A stretch of DNA of 32,000 nucleotides from Candidatus Woesearchaeota archaeon (GCA_964497435.1 CAZCCD010000008.1:15017-47016), one strand, 5' to 3'. Shown: positions 8,436-17,504, counted from the stretch's first letter. Notes: generated from the letters alone by a model not told the origin. A program made the numbers and translations.

Positions 8436-10787
8436 TTATGTTCCTTCTTTAGGAAATTTATTTTTATCTATTTTAAATTCTTTACCCGCCTCTATTGTAA
8501 TTGCACCTGAAGTTGCTAAAAAACGTTCTTCGTATGGTTTAATTATTTTATAATCTTCGTAAGGCAATGTAATAGTTACTGGAGTGTTTAATGGTAAGCG
8601 ATTACTTGATTTGAATTGGTGGACTTTATATAAATTCTCTTCAATTTTTTCTAAGTTTTTTGTATATCTTTCTTCTCCTGCTTTCGACCATTTACTAATA
8701 TGGATTGATTTATCTTTCTCTGTCTTTCTAAAATGTTCTTGATAAATTTCCTCTGTTATAAAAGGCATAATAGGGGAAATGAGTTTTAATATTGTTAATA
8801 GACTTTGATAAAGAGTATATTGGGCGGATGTTTTTCCATCTTTATTTTCATAAATAACCTTTTTTACAGATTCTAAATAATAGCTACAAAAATCTTTCCA
8901 AAAAAAATCATCAACTTCCTGTTTTGCCCTCGAGTATTCATAATCGTCAAAACTATCTGTAACTATCTTAATAATCTTATTTAATTTTCCTAAAAACATA
9001 ACATCATCTTTTTTTAATTCTTTAGGTTTTTTTCCATTGTAATCTTTTAAATTCATGAAGACAAACCTTGAAGCATTTAACAATTTAATTATAAATCTTT
9101 TTCCGGCAATTAAATCTTTTTCTTGATAATTTAAATCCTCTCCGAGTTTTGAGTTAGCTGCTGCGAATCTTAATGTATCAGCTCCAAACTCATTGATTAC
9201 ATTTTTAGGAGAAATAACATTTCCTTTTGATTTTGACATTTTTTCCCCTTCCAATTTCACAAATCCAGAAATAATAATATCTTTCCAGGGCAATTTATTT
9301 CCATGAAGATAACTCCTAACAATTGTATAAAATGCCCAAGTTCTTATTATATCATGAGCCTGAGGCCTTAAAGACAAAGGCAAACTTATTCCTTTAGCTA
9401 AATTAGAAATGATTTGAGGAGTTAAACTCGATGTTGCCCAGGTATCTAAAACCTTGTTTTCTGGTTTTGCTTCTTTTTTACATTTATGACAGATTTTTTT
9501 AACTTGTATTGGGTCAATGGGAAGCTCTTTTTCACTTGCCAAGATTATTTCATTGCAGTTTTCACATTCCCAAACAGGAATAGGAATTCCAAAATGCCTT
9601 TCCCTTGAAATATTCCAATCCCATTCTAAACCATTAACCCAATTTTCATATCTTTTATACATATATTCTGGATGCCAGTTAATTTTCTTCCCAAGCTCAA
9701 ACCACCTCTTTTTCTTATCGAGAATTTTTATGAACCATTGGCTTGTTGGAAGAAATTCAATCTCTGTCCCACATTTATCATGGACATTAACAGTGTGTTT
9801 TATGTTTTTTTCTTCTTTAATAAGATTTTTTTCTTTTAATTCATGAATAATTTTTTTCCTTGCTTCTTTTATTTTCATCCCATTAAACTCTCCAAAATTC
9901 AAGGTTCCATTTTTGTTAAAAATGATTCTTGGAGTTAATTTATGTCTTTTAACTGCATCAACATCATACTTATCTCCGTAAGAACAAACCATCATTGCTC
10001 CTGTGCCTTTTTCCATGCTGGCAGAGCTGTCAGAAATAATTTGAACTTCATGATCAAATAAAGGAACTCTTGATTTTTTTCCAATTAAACTTTTATATCT
10101 TTTATCATTTGGATTAACAAAAATAGCAACACACGCTCCAAGAAGCTCTGGCCTTGTCGTGGCGATTAACACTTCTTTATTATTGACTCCAAATTTCAGG
10201 GTTAAAAAACTGGATGGAATTTCTTTGTCTTCTAGTTCTGCCTGTGCTATACTTGTTTGGCATTCAGGGCACCAAATTGTAGGAAATTCCTCTTTGTAAA
10301 TTAATTTTTTCTTGTACAAATCCAAAAAAGCTTTTTGAGATATTTTTCTTGAATTATTGTCAATAGTTGAATAATAAGCATCATAATCACATGAAATTCC
10401 TAAGTCTTTCCAGGCTTGGATAAATTCAGGAGTTATTTCTTTAAGGGTTTTAAGACATAACTCAATGAAATTGCTCCTTGACATTTCTTTACTCTTAACA
10501 CCTTTTAGTCTTTCAATTAATCTTTCAGTAGGCAAGCCATTGTCATCTGTTCCAAATGGATAAAATACCTGGCTTTTTCCAAAACCAGTCATTCTTTGAA
10601 ATCTCGCAATAAAATCTTGCTGTGAGTAAGAGAAAGCATGTCCAATATGCATCTCTCCTGAAAGTGTTGGGGGAGGAGTATCAATGCTATAAACTTTCTT
10701 TTTTCCTGGTTTAAACGAATAAATTTTTTCTCTTTCCCAATATTTTTTCCATTTTTCCTCTACTTGTTTGAAATTGTAGTTAGTCAT
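8436..10787 (-). CDS. valS: valyl-tRNA synthetase
   Basis: TPPPTLSGEMHIGHAFSY (HIGH region in the ValRS-type PPP context), KMSKSKGN, and Zn-finger CPEC/CENC/CHKC inserts. 783 aa. Confidence 0.88.
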   Translation of the reverse strand: MTNYNFKQVEEKWKKYWEREKIYSFKPGKKKVYSIDTPPPTLSGEMHIGHAFSYSQQDFIARFQRMTGFGKSQVFYPFGTDDNGLPTERLIERLKGVKSKEMSRSNFIELCLKTLKEITPEFIQAWKDLGISCDYDAYYSTIDNNSRKISQKAFLDLYKKKLIYKEEFPTIWCPECQTSIAQAELEDKEIPSSFLTLKFGVNNKEVLIATTRPELLGACVAIFVNPNDKRYKSLIGKKSRVPLFDHEVQIISDSSASMEKGTGAMMVCSYGDKYDVDAVKRHKLTPRIIFNKNGTLNFGEFNGMKIKEARKKIIHELKEKNLIKEEKNIKHTVNVHDKCGTEIEFLPTSQWFIKILDKKKRWFELGKKINWHPEYMYKRYENWVNGLEWDWNISRERHFGIPIPVWECENCNEIILASEKELPIDPIQVKKICHKCKKEAKPENKVLDTWATSSLTPQIISNLAKGISLPLSLRPQAHDIIRTWAFYTIVRSYLHGNKLPWKDIIISGFVKLEGEKMSKSKGNVISPKNVINEFGADTLRFAAANSKLGEDLNYQEKDLIAGKRFIIKLLNASRFVFMNLKDYNGKKPKELKKDDVMFLGKLNKIIKIVTDSFDDYEYSRAKQEVDDFFWKDFCSYYLESVKKVIYENKDGKTSAQYTLYQSLLTILKLISPIMPFITEEIYQEHFRKTEKDKSIHISKWSKAGEERYTKNLEKIEENLYKVHQFKSSNRLPLNTPVTITLPYEDYKIIKPYEERFLATSGAITIEAGKEFKIDKNKFPKEGT

Positions 10788-10854
10788 AAAAATTAGAATT
10801 AAAACAAGTTTTTAAAAGTGTTTATAAGAAAAAGTTTAACACCTTTCTTTTATT

Positions 10855-11442
10855 TTATTTCTGCAAAGCCTGTCTAAATTGCCTTTTTGGTTCTTTTGAT
10901 TTTATCTTGGTTTCATGCTTCATTTGTTTCGCAGCCGCTTTTTCAAGTTCTTTTCCAGCTTCAATCGTTGCCTGAATTTTTTCTTTTTCCTCTTCTTTTT
11001 TTTCAGTTTCTTCTTTTTTAATTTCCTCTGGTTTTTCTTCTTCAACCTTTTCCTCCAACTTTTTTTCTTCTTTCTTTTTCTTCTCAATTTCTGACGCAGA
11101 TTTCTCAAGCCTTTCTTCTCTCAATTTCTTGAATTTCAAATTAGTAGGGAATTCAATAGCCTCAACTCTAACAATATCCCCTTCCTTCGTAACCTTAACT
11201 TTTATTTTATGTGGAGGATTTCTTATTCCCCTCATCCATAATATTTCATTTAGGTATTTGTCAATTTTAATCTTTTTTAAATCTCTATCATAAATTTTCA
11301 TGTGTCTTACTAAAAATTCTTTGATTGTTTTTACAGCTTTCTCTGTTTTCCTGTATCTAGGAACAACACGAGTTTTCTCTCTAATAGGAATTACATAAAT
11401 TCTTTCAATTTTTTCAGTTTTTGTTTCTGTTTTTTTCGCCAT
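10855..11442 (-). CDS. rpl31e: 50S ribosomal protein L31e with long K/E-rich C-terminal extension
   Basis: ERIYVIPIRE...AVKTIKEFLVRHMK...IDKYLNEILWMRGIRNPPHKIKVKV is the L31e core (~95 aa). About 95 aa of KE-rich low complexity follow it. Confidence 0.85.
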   Translation of the reverse strand: MAKKTETKTEKIERIYVIPIREKTRVVPRYRKTEKAVKTIKEFLVRHMKIYDRDLKKIKIDKYLNEILWMRGIRNPPHKIKVKVTKEGDIVRVEAIEFPTNLKFKKLREERLEKSASEIEKKKKEEKKLEEKVEEEKPEEIKKEETEKKEEEKEKIQATIEAGKELEKAAAKQMKHETKIKSKEPKRQFRQALQK

Positions 11443-11443
11443 G

Positions 11444-11665
11444 TTATTTTGAATAATATAAACAATCTTTTAGTTCGTGATGAGCAGTGTCTCTTAAGTC
11501 ATAGTTACATTTTCCATTATCAAAGCATCTACATAATACTTTAGTTTTGCTACTTTCATATATCATAACTATTGCTGGTTCAGATTCATCTAAAGCCTCT
11601 TCTCTATCTTCATTTATTCCTAAGCATTCAATATCATGTGATTGTATTACTTTATCAATGTGCAT
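11444..11665 (-). CDS. small Cys/His-containing hypothetical protein
   Basis: The ORF-track start (11674) is a TTG. The first ATG is at 11663-11665, 1 nt after the L39e stop. Its own stop abuts the L31e start (11442). Sequence ...VLCRCFDNGKCNYDLRDTAHHELKDC. No family recognised. Confidence 0.4.
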   Translation of the reverse strand: MHIDKVIQSHDIECLGINEDREEALDESEPAIVMIYESSKTKVLCRCFDNGKCNYDLRDTAHHELKDCLYYSK

Positions 11666-11666
11666 T

Positions 11667-11870
11667 TTATCCAAAGTGAGATTTTCTCTGTGTTCTTGGT
11701 TTAATATGTAATTTCGTCCTTCTCCATGATCTTCTATGCCTTGTTATTGCTGAAGGATGAATTCTCTTTCCTTTGCTAAATTTTTTCAAGACAACCCAGA
11801 CAGGAGCCCATTTAGTTCTTCTTCCTGCCTTTGCGAGTTTTATCTTTTTAAGTTGGTTTTTTATCGGCAT
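11667..11870 (-). CDS. rpl39e: 50S ribosomal protein L39e
   Basis: KKIKLAKAGRRTKWAPVWVVLK...HRRSWRRTKL is the L39e signature. Confidence 0.85.
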   Translation of the reverse strand: MPIKNQLKKIKLAKAGRRTKWAPVWVVLKKFSKGKRIHPSAITRHRRSWRRTKLHIKPRTQRKSHFG

Positions 11871-12099
11871 GTTGTTTTTCTCTGTTTAATTTATCAAGGG
11901 CAACTTCAATTCCTCCCATTTTTTTAACCCAAATTTCACTTGTTACCACATAACCATTTACATTTTCTAAGTGAACCTGAGGAGGTATTCCTATTGCACC
12001 GTATAGTTGAATTGTAATAACTTCTTTAGGATCTCTTGTGCCGCGTCTTATTAGATATATTTTATCATCTGCAGAATCTAAATTAACTGTAAGCCCCAT
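11848..12099 (-). CDS. hypothetical small beta-rich protein inside the S19e-L39e-L31e cluster
   Basis: 83 aa with ATG and TAA. Its start overlaps the S19e stop by 1 nt (12099) and its 3' end overlaps the L39e start by 23 nt. No family recognised. Confidence 0.4.
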   Translation of the reverse strand: MGLTVNLDSADDKIYLIRRGTRDPKEVITIQLYGAIGIPPQVHLENVNGYVVTSEIWVKKMGGIEVALDKLNREKQHADKKPT

Positions 12100-12533
12100 T
12101 ATTTTATTCCCTCCAAAAATTTTTTTCCATAAGCAGTTAATTGTCTTCCAGGCCTTCTTTCTCTAATGCCTTTAACAACACTGGCTATTTCAGTAAAACC
12201 AGCTTTATCAGACTGCTGCAAAATTGTCCTGATTATTTTTCCTCCAGCTCTCCTAAATTCTTCAGGCCTCATTCCTCTGTTTTTCTTGCTTCCATATTTT
12301 GTTCTTAATCTATTTACCCCAACAACTTTTTTTCTGTAAATTTGTCTTAAAATACTTGCCGCTCTTTTATGCCAGAAATCCGGCTCATCTATTGGCCTTG
12401 CTTTACTCGGAGATGATTTTACAAATTTAGCCCATTCAGGCTCTTTAAATTCAGGAATTTTTTTCAAAGCCTCTGCTAATTTTTTGTTGTATTCATGTGC
12501 ATCTAATTCATATACAGGATTAAATTCATCCAT
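12099..12533 (-). CDS. rps19e: 30S ribosomal protein S19e
   Basis: ...PEWAKFVKSSPSKARPIDEPDFWHKRAASILRQIY...GSKKNRGMRPEEFRRAGGKIIR matches S19e. Confidence 0.85.
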   Translation of the reverse strand: MDEFNPVYELDAHEYNKKLAEALKKIPEFKEPEWAKFVKSSPSKARPIDEPDFWHKRAASILRQIYRKKVVGVNRLRTKYGSKKNRGMRPEEFRRAGGKIIRTILQQSDKAGFTEIASVVKGIRERRPGRQLTAYGKKFLEGIK

Positions 12534-12663
12534 TTTAAATTAAATAAACAACCACACTTTAACAGTGTTAGAACCTTTGCGGTTTGGTCTAAATGTTAAG
12601 AAGGATTTGGGTTTATAAACCTTCCTAAATAAACTTTTTAAACTAAAACATACAGATTAATTT

Positions 12664-12957
12664 ATGGTGATATTAGACATCTGGAGCATTAGTCATTTCA
12701 TTATATTTGGATTTATATTAATGTTTCTTGTTAATTTTATTAAGATAAAAACCAATCACAAATATCTTTTATTTTTTAGTTTGTTAATTTTATGGGAATT
12801 AATTGAAAGATTGTTTTATTTTGGTTTTACTTTCAATGGTTTTTTTCCTACTAACAACGAAACTCCTTTGAATGTATTTTCAGATTTAGTTATTGGTTTT
12901 TTAGGCGGATTTACATTCATGAAAACTGGAGGAAGATTTTTTAGAGATAAATTTTGA
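12664..12957 (+). CDS. small membrane protein, unknown function
   Basis: 97 aa with 3 hydrophobic segments. Ends in TGA. Shares a palindromic GGTTTATAAACC TATA region with rps19e. Confidence 0.4.
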   Translation: MVILDIWSISHFIIFGFILMFLVNFIKIKTNHKYLLFFSLLILWELIERLFYFGFTFNGFFPTNNETPLNVFSDLVIGFLGGFTFMKTGGRFFRDKF

Positions 12958-12959
12958 AA

Positions 12960-13205
12960 TTATCTTACATTTTTTCTCCACTTCTTTATTATTATTGTAA
13001 ATCCAACAATTTTTATCGTGTAATTCTTTCCTAACTCTCCAAGTATTTCTTCAGCATAAATCTTAATTTTACTTTTTTCATGCCCTGCTGATTTCAAGAC
13101 AGAAATCTTTACATTTTTATGATTCTTGAAATGGTTTTTTAGTGTTTCAATAAAATTTTTAGTTATGCCGTTTTTTCCAAGCTGAATTTGACTTGTAACT
13201 TCCAT
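12960..13205 (-). CDS. YhbY-like CRM-domain RNA-binding protein
   Basis: 81 aa. QLGKNGITKNFIETLKNHFKNHKNVKISVLKS fits the YhbY/CRS1 pattern (iGKnGlt...vKv). Confidence 0.65.
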   Translation of the reverse strand: MEVTSQIQLGKNGITKNFIETLKNHFKNHKNVKISVLKSAGHEKSKIKIYAEEILGELGKNYTIKIVGFTIIIKKWRKNVR

Positions 13206-13206
13206 T

Positions 13207-13584
13207 TTATATTTTTAATTTTTCAATTTCCTCTTTTTTAACCTTTATTAATTTAAATTTTTTAACTCCAAATGTTCCTGTCTTCATGTCTTTTCTTTTG
13301 TAAACATCTTTTCCTTTAAAAACATGAATTAAGACATCATTTTTATTGTCTCTCCAATTCTGACTTTTTCTAGCACAAAAAATTGCAATTTCTTTTAAAT
13401 CTTCATTTTTTATTTTATTTTTATTCTCTAAAATTACACAAAAAGGGCTTCCTGGTTTAGCTGTATGAAAAATTAAATTATTTTTTCCAATGAATTCTTT
13501 TACAAGTTCTTCATTGCTTTCGGCATCTTTTCCAGCTAAAACCATTACATTGTTGCTTGTTGTAAATTCTCTGAATTTTGCCAT
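13207..13584 (-). CDS. NFACT-R / DUF814 domain protein
   Basis: VLAGKDAESNEELVKEFIGKNNLIFHTAKPGSPFCVILEN matches the DUF814 core. The ORF-track start (13599) is a TTG; the first ATG (MAKFREF) is at 13584. Confidence 0.6.
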   Translation of the reverse strand: MAKFREFTTSNNVMVLAGKDAESNEELVKEFIGKNNLIFHTAKPGSPFCVILENKNKIKNEDLKEIAIFCARKSQNWRDNKNDVLIHVFKGKDVYKRKDMKTGTFGVKKFKLIKVKKEEIEKLKI

Positions 13585-13614
13585 ACAAATAAAAAACAAC
13601 CTGATATTTAAAGA

Positions 13615-15000
13615 TTATATATGTATATGTCTAGGCCTTAAAGTTATCTCTAATTGCTTTAATGTTTTTCCTACATGTAACGCTGTGAACTTTTCTATTT
13701 TATTTTTTATATTGAATTTTTTAACTTTCCTTACCTCTTTTATCTTATGGAACATAATAAATGCTACACCAAATCTTAAGACACAGCTTATAAAGAAAAG
13801 AGTTACTATAGGAGCAAGACTAAAAATACTAAAGTTAAGTGATGATATAAAACCTCCAAGTGAAGCACCTAAGAAAATCCCAATTCCATTTAGAACATTG
13901 AAATATGCGACACACAAAGCCATTTTTTCTCTCGTTACATCATCATATATAAAATTCATAATAGAGAGATTAAATCCAGCCCAAGCAAATCCAGAAAAAA
14001 TTTCAACAATTATAAGATAATAAAAAATGTTTTCTATTCCAAATGAGGGCAATATCCACAACAATGGAACAAATGGAATCAAAAAAATCCCTATTTTAAT
14101 AACTTCTATGTTCCCGTATTTATCAGCAAATTTCCCCCAAACAGGCATAAAAAATAATGTAGAAACAGAAGAAGCGACTATAATAATAACCCATTTAGTG
14201 TAGCTGAATTGAAGATCTTTTAACATATATACAGAGAAAAATGGTGAGGCAATTGCAGCGACAAAATGAATTATGGAAATGAATAATACGAATCTACCAA
14301 AATTATTTTTCGTTATATTCTTAACAAAATCCCAGAAGCTAAAGTAATATGTTTTTTTCAATTCTAACTTAGGTTCGTATTGTTTTAGAAACATGAATGC
14401 AGAGATGCCTCTTGCTAAAAACGCGAGTCCGAAAACAATTGCAAAACCAATGAAAATTTTTGTGCTCTTGAAATAATCGAGTATAAACCCGCCTATTAAC
14501 ATAGAAACGAGAGCAACAGTTCCAACAATTCTACTTCTATTCCCGAAATATCTGCCTGTTTTCTCTCCAACAATGTCTTTCATCCAAGAATTCCATGCAG
14601 GTCCTAGAAAAGCACCAAACAAAACCAGCAGCGTGTATATTAATATCAATATCATGGGTGCAATAGTTGAATTTATTCCAAAAACAAAATACATAACTCC
14701 TACACCAATTATAAAGAGCCACGCTAGAGCCTGAAGAAGAGCTCCGTAAAAAACTATTTTTTTCCTCGTTGTTTTTTCCATTAACTTAGGTGTGAACAAT
14801 TGGGAAAAATTTCCGATTAGAGAAGGGAGAGAAGTTATAAAACCAATGTGTGCGTTATTGGCCCCTAAAGAAAGTGCGAAAGGAGTGACATATCTCATTC
14901 CAATCCCTTCACTAACACCATAAATACTCCCTTCTTTTACACTAATCTTTCTTGCTTCTTTTATTTCTTTTTTTTCGTCAATAATATATTTTTCCTTCAT
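13615..15000 (-). CDS. MFS-type transporter
   Basis: 461 aa with about 12 TM segments in two 6-helix halves. A basic loop motif (PKLMEKTTRKK) sits between TM2 and TM3. Confidence 0.75.
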   Translation of the reverse strand: MKEKYIIDEKKEIKEARKISVKEGSIYGVSEGIGMRYVTPFALSLGANNAHIGFITSLPSLIGNFSQLFTPKLMEKTTRKKIVFYGALLQALAWLFIIGVGVMYFVFGINSTIAPMILILIYTLLVLFGAFLGPAWNSWMKDIVGEKTGRYFGNRSRIVGTVALVSMLIGGFILDYFKSTKIFIGFAIVFGLAFLARGISAFMFLKQYEPKLELKKTYYFSFWDFVKNITKNNFGRFVLFISIIHFVAAIASPFFSVYMLKDLQFSYTKWVIIIVASSVSTLFFMPVWGKFADKYGNIEVIKIGIFLIPFVPLLWILPSFGIENIFYYLIIVEIFSGFAWAGFNLSIMNFIYDDVTREKMALCVAYFNVLNGIGIFLGASLGGFISSLNFSIFSLAPIVTLFFISCVLRFGVAFIMFHKIKEVRKVKKFNIKNKIEKFTALHVGKTLKQLEITLRPRHIHI

Positions 15001-15048
15001 ATTTAATAAAATGTAAATCTATTTATATTTGTTATTATATCCCTTTTT

Positions 15049-15264
15049 ATGAAAAAAGGATACACTGATTTAAATGAGGAAAAAGTTGTTAGAGGAACTG
15101 GAAAACCAACAAAATATTGGGATAAAGTTTTAGATAAATTTGATGTAAAAAGGAATGGACATACATTAACAGCCAGGTATTTAATAGAAAAACATAAATT
15201 GTCTGGATGATGGACTCAAGTCATAACAATAAGATATGAATATAAAAAAGAATCGAGAAAATAA
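15049..15264 (+). pseudogene. small conserved-domain ORF (TGK...W...LD...H...GWWxQxxTxxYE type) interrupted by in-frame TGA at 15208-15210
   Basis: Manual translation: MKKGYTDLNEEKVVRGTGKPTKYWDKVLDKFDVKRNGHTLTARYLIEKHKLSG*WTQVITIRYEYKKESRK*. The TGA sits where related small proteins, as I recall them, carry the first W of a GWWAQ..TV.YE motif. Too short for the ORF track. Confidence 0.4.
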
Positions 15265-15266
15265 AA

Positions 15267-16688
15267 TTATAATTTTTTAACAACAACCCCCTTTTCTGTA
15301 TCCTCTATTGAATATCCGAGCTTTTTAATTTCATTCCTAATTTTATCTGCTTTTTCGAAATTTTTTTCTTTCCTATATTTCTCTCGCTGTTTAATTAATT
15401 TAGTTATTTTGTTATCTAGATTAACATCTTTATAAATAATTTCAAATTTATCTTTTATCTTAACACTATGGGTTCTGCTTTTCTTAAGCAAATCCAAACC
15501 AAAAACTTCGTCCATTTTTTTTATTGTATTTATTTTACCTTCAGCCTTTTTGTCTCTTACTAAGTTCCATAAAACTTGTAAAGCACCAGGGGCATCTAAA
15601 TCATCATTAATTTTTTCCTTAAATTTTTCAATATAATTTTCATTTATTTTTTTATCATTTTTTATTTCAAATATAATGTTTTTTAGCCTATCATAAGAAT
15701 TTTTAGCAAATTCTAATTTTTCTAGATTAAAACTTAAAGGTTTTTTGTAATGCGTTGTTAAGACTAAATACCTAAAATCTAAAGGACTGAAATTTAATTT
15801 TTCTAAATCAGAGATTGTGTACAAACCCCCTTTGCTTTTCGATACTTTTTCACCTTTGAATAAAAGCCAGGCTCCATGCATCCAATAATTTACAAATTTT
15901 TTTCCCGTAATACATTCACTTTGTGCTATCTCATTCGTATGATGAATTTGGACATGATCCAATCCTCCTGTATGAATATCAAAATGTTCTCCTAAATATT
16001 TCATTGACATTGCAGAACATTCAAGATGCCAGCCTGGAAAACCCAACCCAAAAGGAGAATTCCACTCTTGTTGTCTTTCTCCAGGTCTTTCAGAAAATTT
16101 CCACAAGGCAAAATCAGTGTTATGTTTTTTTTCTCCTAAAGAAATTCTTTTTCCAGCTTTTAATCCTTCAATTTTTAACCTAGCCAATTTTCCGTACTCT
16201 TTAAATTTTGAAGTATCAAAATAAATTCCGTCATTTGTTTTATAAGTAAAACCTTTTTTTTCTAAAACTTTTATCAATTCTATTTGTTCTTTAATGTGTT
16301 CAGAAGCCCTAGGCCAAAAATCAGGTTCGAGTATATTTAATTTTTTAAAATCATCTTTAAAAATTTTTAAATAATAATTAGAAATTTCTTTTGCTGTTTT
16401 TCCTTCTTTTTTTGCAGCCTTTTCTATTTTGTCTTCTCCTGTGTCAGCATCACTAGTCAAATGTCCGACATCAGTAACATTGATTACATGTTTAACTTTG
16501 TAGCCATTAAATTTCAAAGCCCTTTTTAACAAGTCAGAGAAAATGTAAGTCCTTAAATTTCCAATATGTTGATGAGAGTAAACAGTCGGCCCGCACGAAT
16601 AAATTCTTACATTATTTTTATCAATAGGTTTAAATTCTTCTTTTTTTCTGGTCAGAGTATTATATAACTTTAAGATGCTTATTTCCAT
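15267..16688 (-). CDS. cysS: cysteinyl-tRNA synthetase
   Basis: LYNTLTRKKEEF...YSCGPTVYSHQHIGNLRTY (HIGH), GWHLECSAM, and KVSKSKGG (KMSKS). Confidence 0.92.
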   Translation of the reverse strand: MEISILKLYNTLTRKKEEFKPIDKNNVRIYSCGPTVYSHQHIGNLRTYIFSDLLKRALKFNGYKVKHVINVTDVGHLTSDADTGEDKIEKAAKKEGKTAKEISNYYLKIFKDDFKKLNILEPDFWPRASEHIKEQIELIKVLEKKGFTYKTNDGIYFDTSKFKEYGKLARLKIEGLKAGKRISLGEKKHNTDFALWKFSERPGERQQEWNSPFGLGFPGWHLECSAMSMKYLGEHFDIHTGGLDHVQIHHTNEIAQSECITGKKFVNYWMHGAWLLFKGEKVSKSKGGLYTISDLEKLNFSPLDFRYLVLTTHYKKPLSFNLEKLEFAKNSYDRLKNIIFEIKNDKKINENYIEKFKEKINDDLDAPGALQVLWNLVRDKKAEGKINTIKKMDEVFGLDLLKKSRTHSVKIKDKFEIIYKDVNLDNKITKLIKQREKYRKEKNFEKADKIRNEIKKLGYSIEDTEKGVVVKKL

Positions 16689-16881
16689 AAAAGATCAAAG
16701 AAGAACTAATTTAAAAATTATCTTATTCTGTTAAGTCTGATTTTCCAGTTTATAATATAAATTAAATAACTCTTTGCTATAACTTAATTTTAATGAGCTA
16801 TTTTAGATTTATTATTAATATCAATATTCTTGTTAAAGTTAGTTAAATGTCAGGTTAAATAGTTTATCACATATTCTAAAG
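16689..16881. repeat. intergenic module, copy C (upstream of cysS), shorter
   Basis: Shares with copy A, at nearly the same offsets from the start codon: TTTAAAAA (offset 22-29), TTAAGTC (42/43), TTTT(A/C)CAGTTTA (51/53), and GCT(T)ATA..TTAATT..AATGAG. Confidence 0.4.
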
Positions 16882-17424
16882 TTATTTTATCGTGACAAAT
16901 ATCTGGCTTCCAGAATAAGGAGAACTTCCTTTGTTTACTGTTAATTCATAGATTATTGTGCAAGGAGGCGCTGTTTCAGGAATCGTGAATCTAACAAGTC
17001 TTGGTTGGTCTAGAGAACTTCCTCTGCCGAGGGGAAAACTACCTGTTGCACCCAGAAGATAGCTGTTTGCTTCTTGTTTTGTGAAACCTGTCCCGCATTT
17101 TGATACATCCTGGGCCTCTATGTTGTAGCTAAATGTCGCATCTACAATATCTCTATTTATTACAGAAAACGCAAATCCTTTAGGATCATCTCCTTTTTTT
17201 AATGTTATCGTTTTATCATTTGGAGATACAGCTATCCTATTATTTGGATCAGAAAATACCTCATTTATTTCATTGAGAACCTGGTCATTAATACTATCAA
17301 CAGCATCTACACTCCCCCTAAAAATTTTTTGTACAAGAACAATCCCAAGACCTAGAACAGCCATTAATAAAACTATAGTTACTAAAGTTCCTACACTCAT
17401 TTCCATAGCTGCTTTCTTTTTCAT
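16882..17424 (-). CDS. archaeal type IV pilin-like protein (class III signal peptide)
   Basis: MKKKAAMEMSVGTLVTIVLLMAVLGLGIVLV has a basic N-terminus, a small-residue cleavage context and a hydrophobic helix, as in archaeal prepilins. The C-terminal domain is beta-rich. Confidence 0.55.
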   Translation of the reverse strand: MKKKAAMEMSVGTLVTIVLLMAVLGLGIVLVQKIFRGSVDAVDSINDQVLNEINEVFSDPNNRIAVSPNDKTITLKKGDDPKGFAFSVINRDIVDATFSYNIEAQDVSKCGTGFTKQEANSYLLGATGSFPLGRGSSLDQPRLVRFTIPETAPPCTIIYELTVNKGSSPYSGSQIFVTIK

Positions 17425-17504
17425 TTTTTAAGGGAGAGGTTGTGAGAGCGATTTTGTTTGGACAAAATCTCACTAATCCGCAACCAAACAAGGTCGCGAA
17501 TTAA

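Noticed and set aside
402-16183. Plus- or minus-strand shadow ORFs inside housekeeping genes (402-593, 1394-1588, 4995-5240, 5640-5852, 6304-6615, 6655-6846, 6853-7092, 7919-8104, 9517-9846, 10920-11108, 13490-14020, 14537-14722, 15923-16183).
   Set aside because: Each is fully contained in, or antisense to, a longer ORF with recognisable conserved motifs. Their sequences are low-complexity F/L/I/K/S-rich, as expected from AT-rich non-coding frames.
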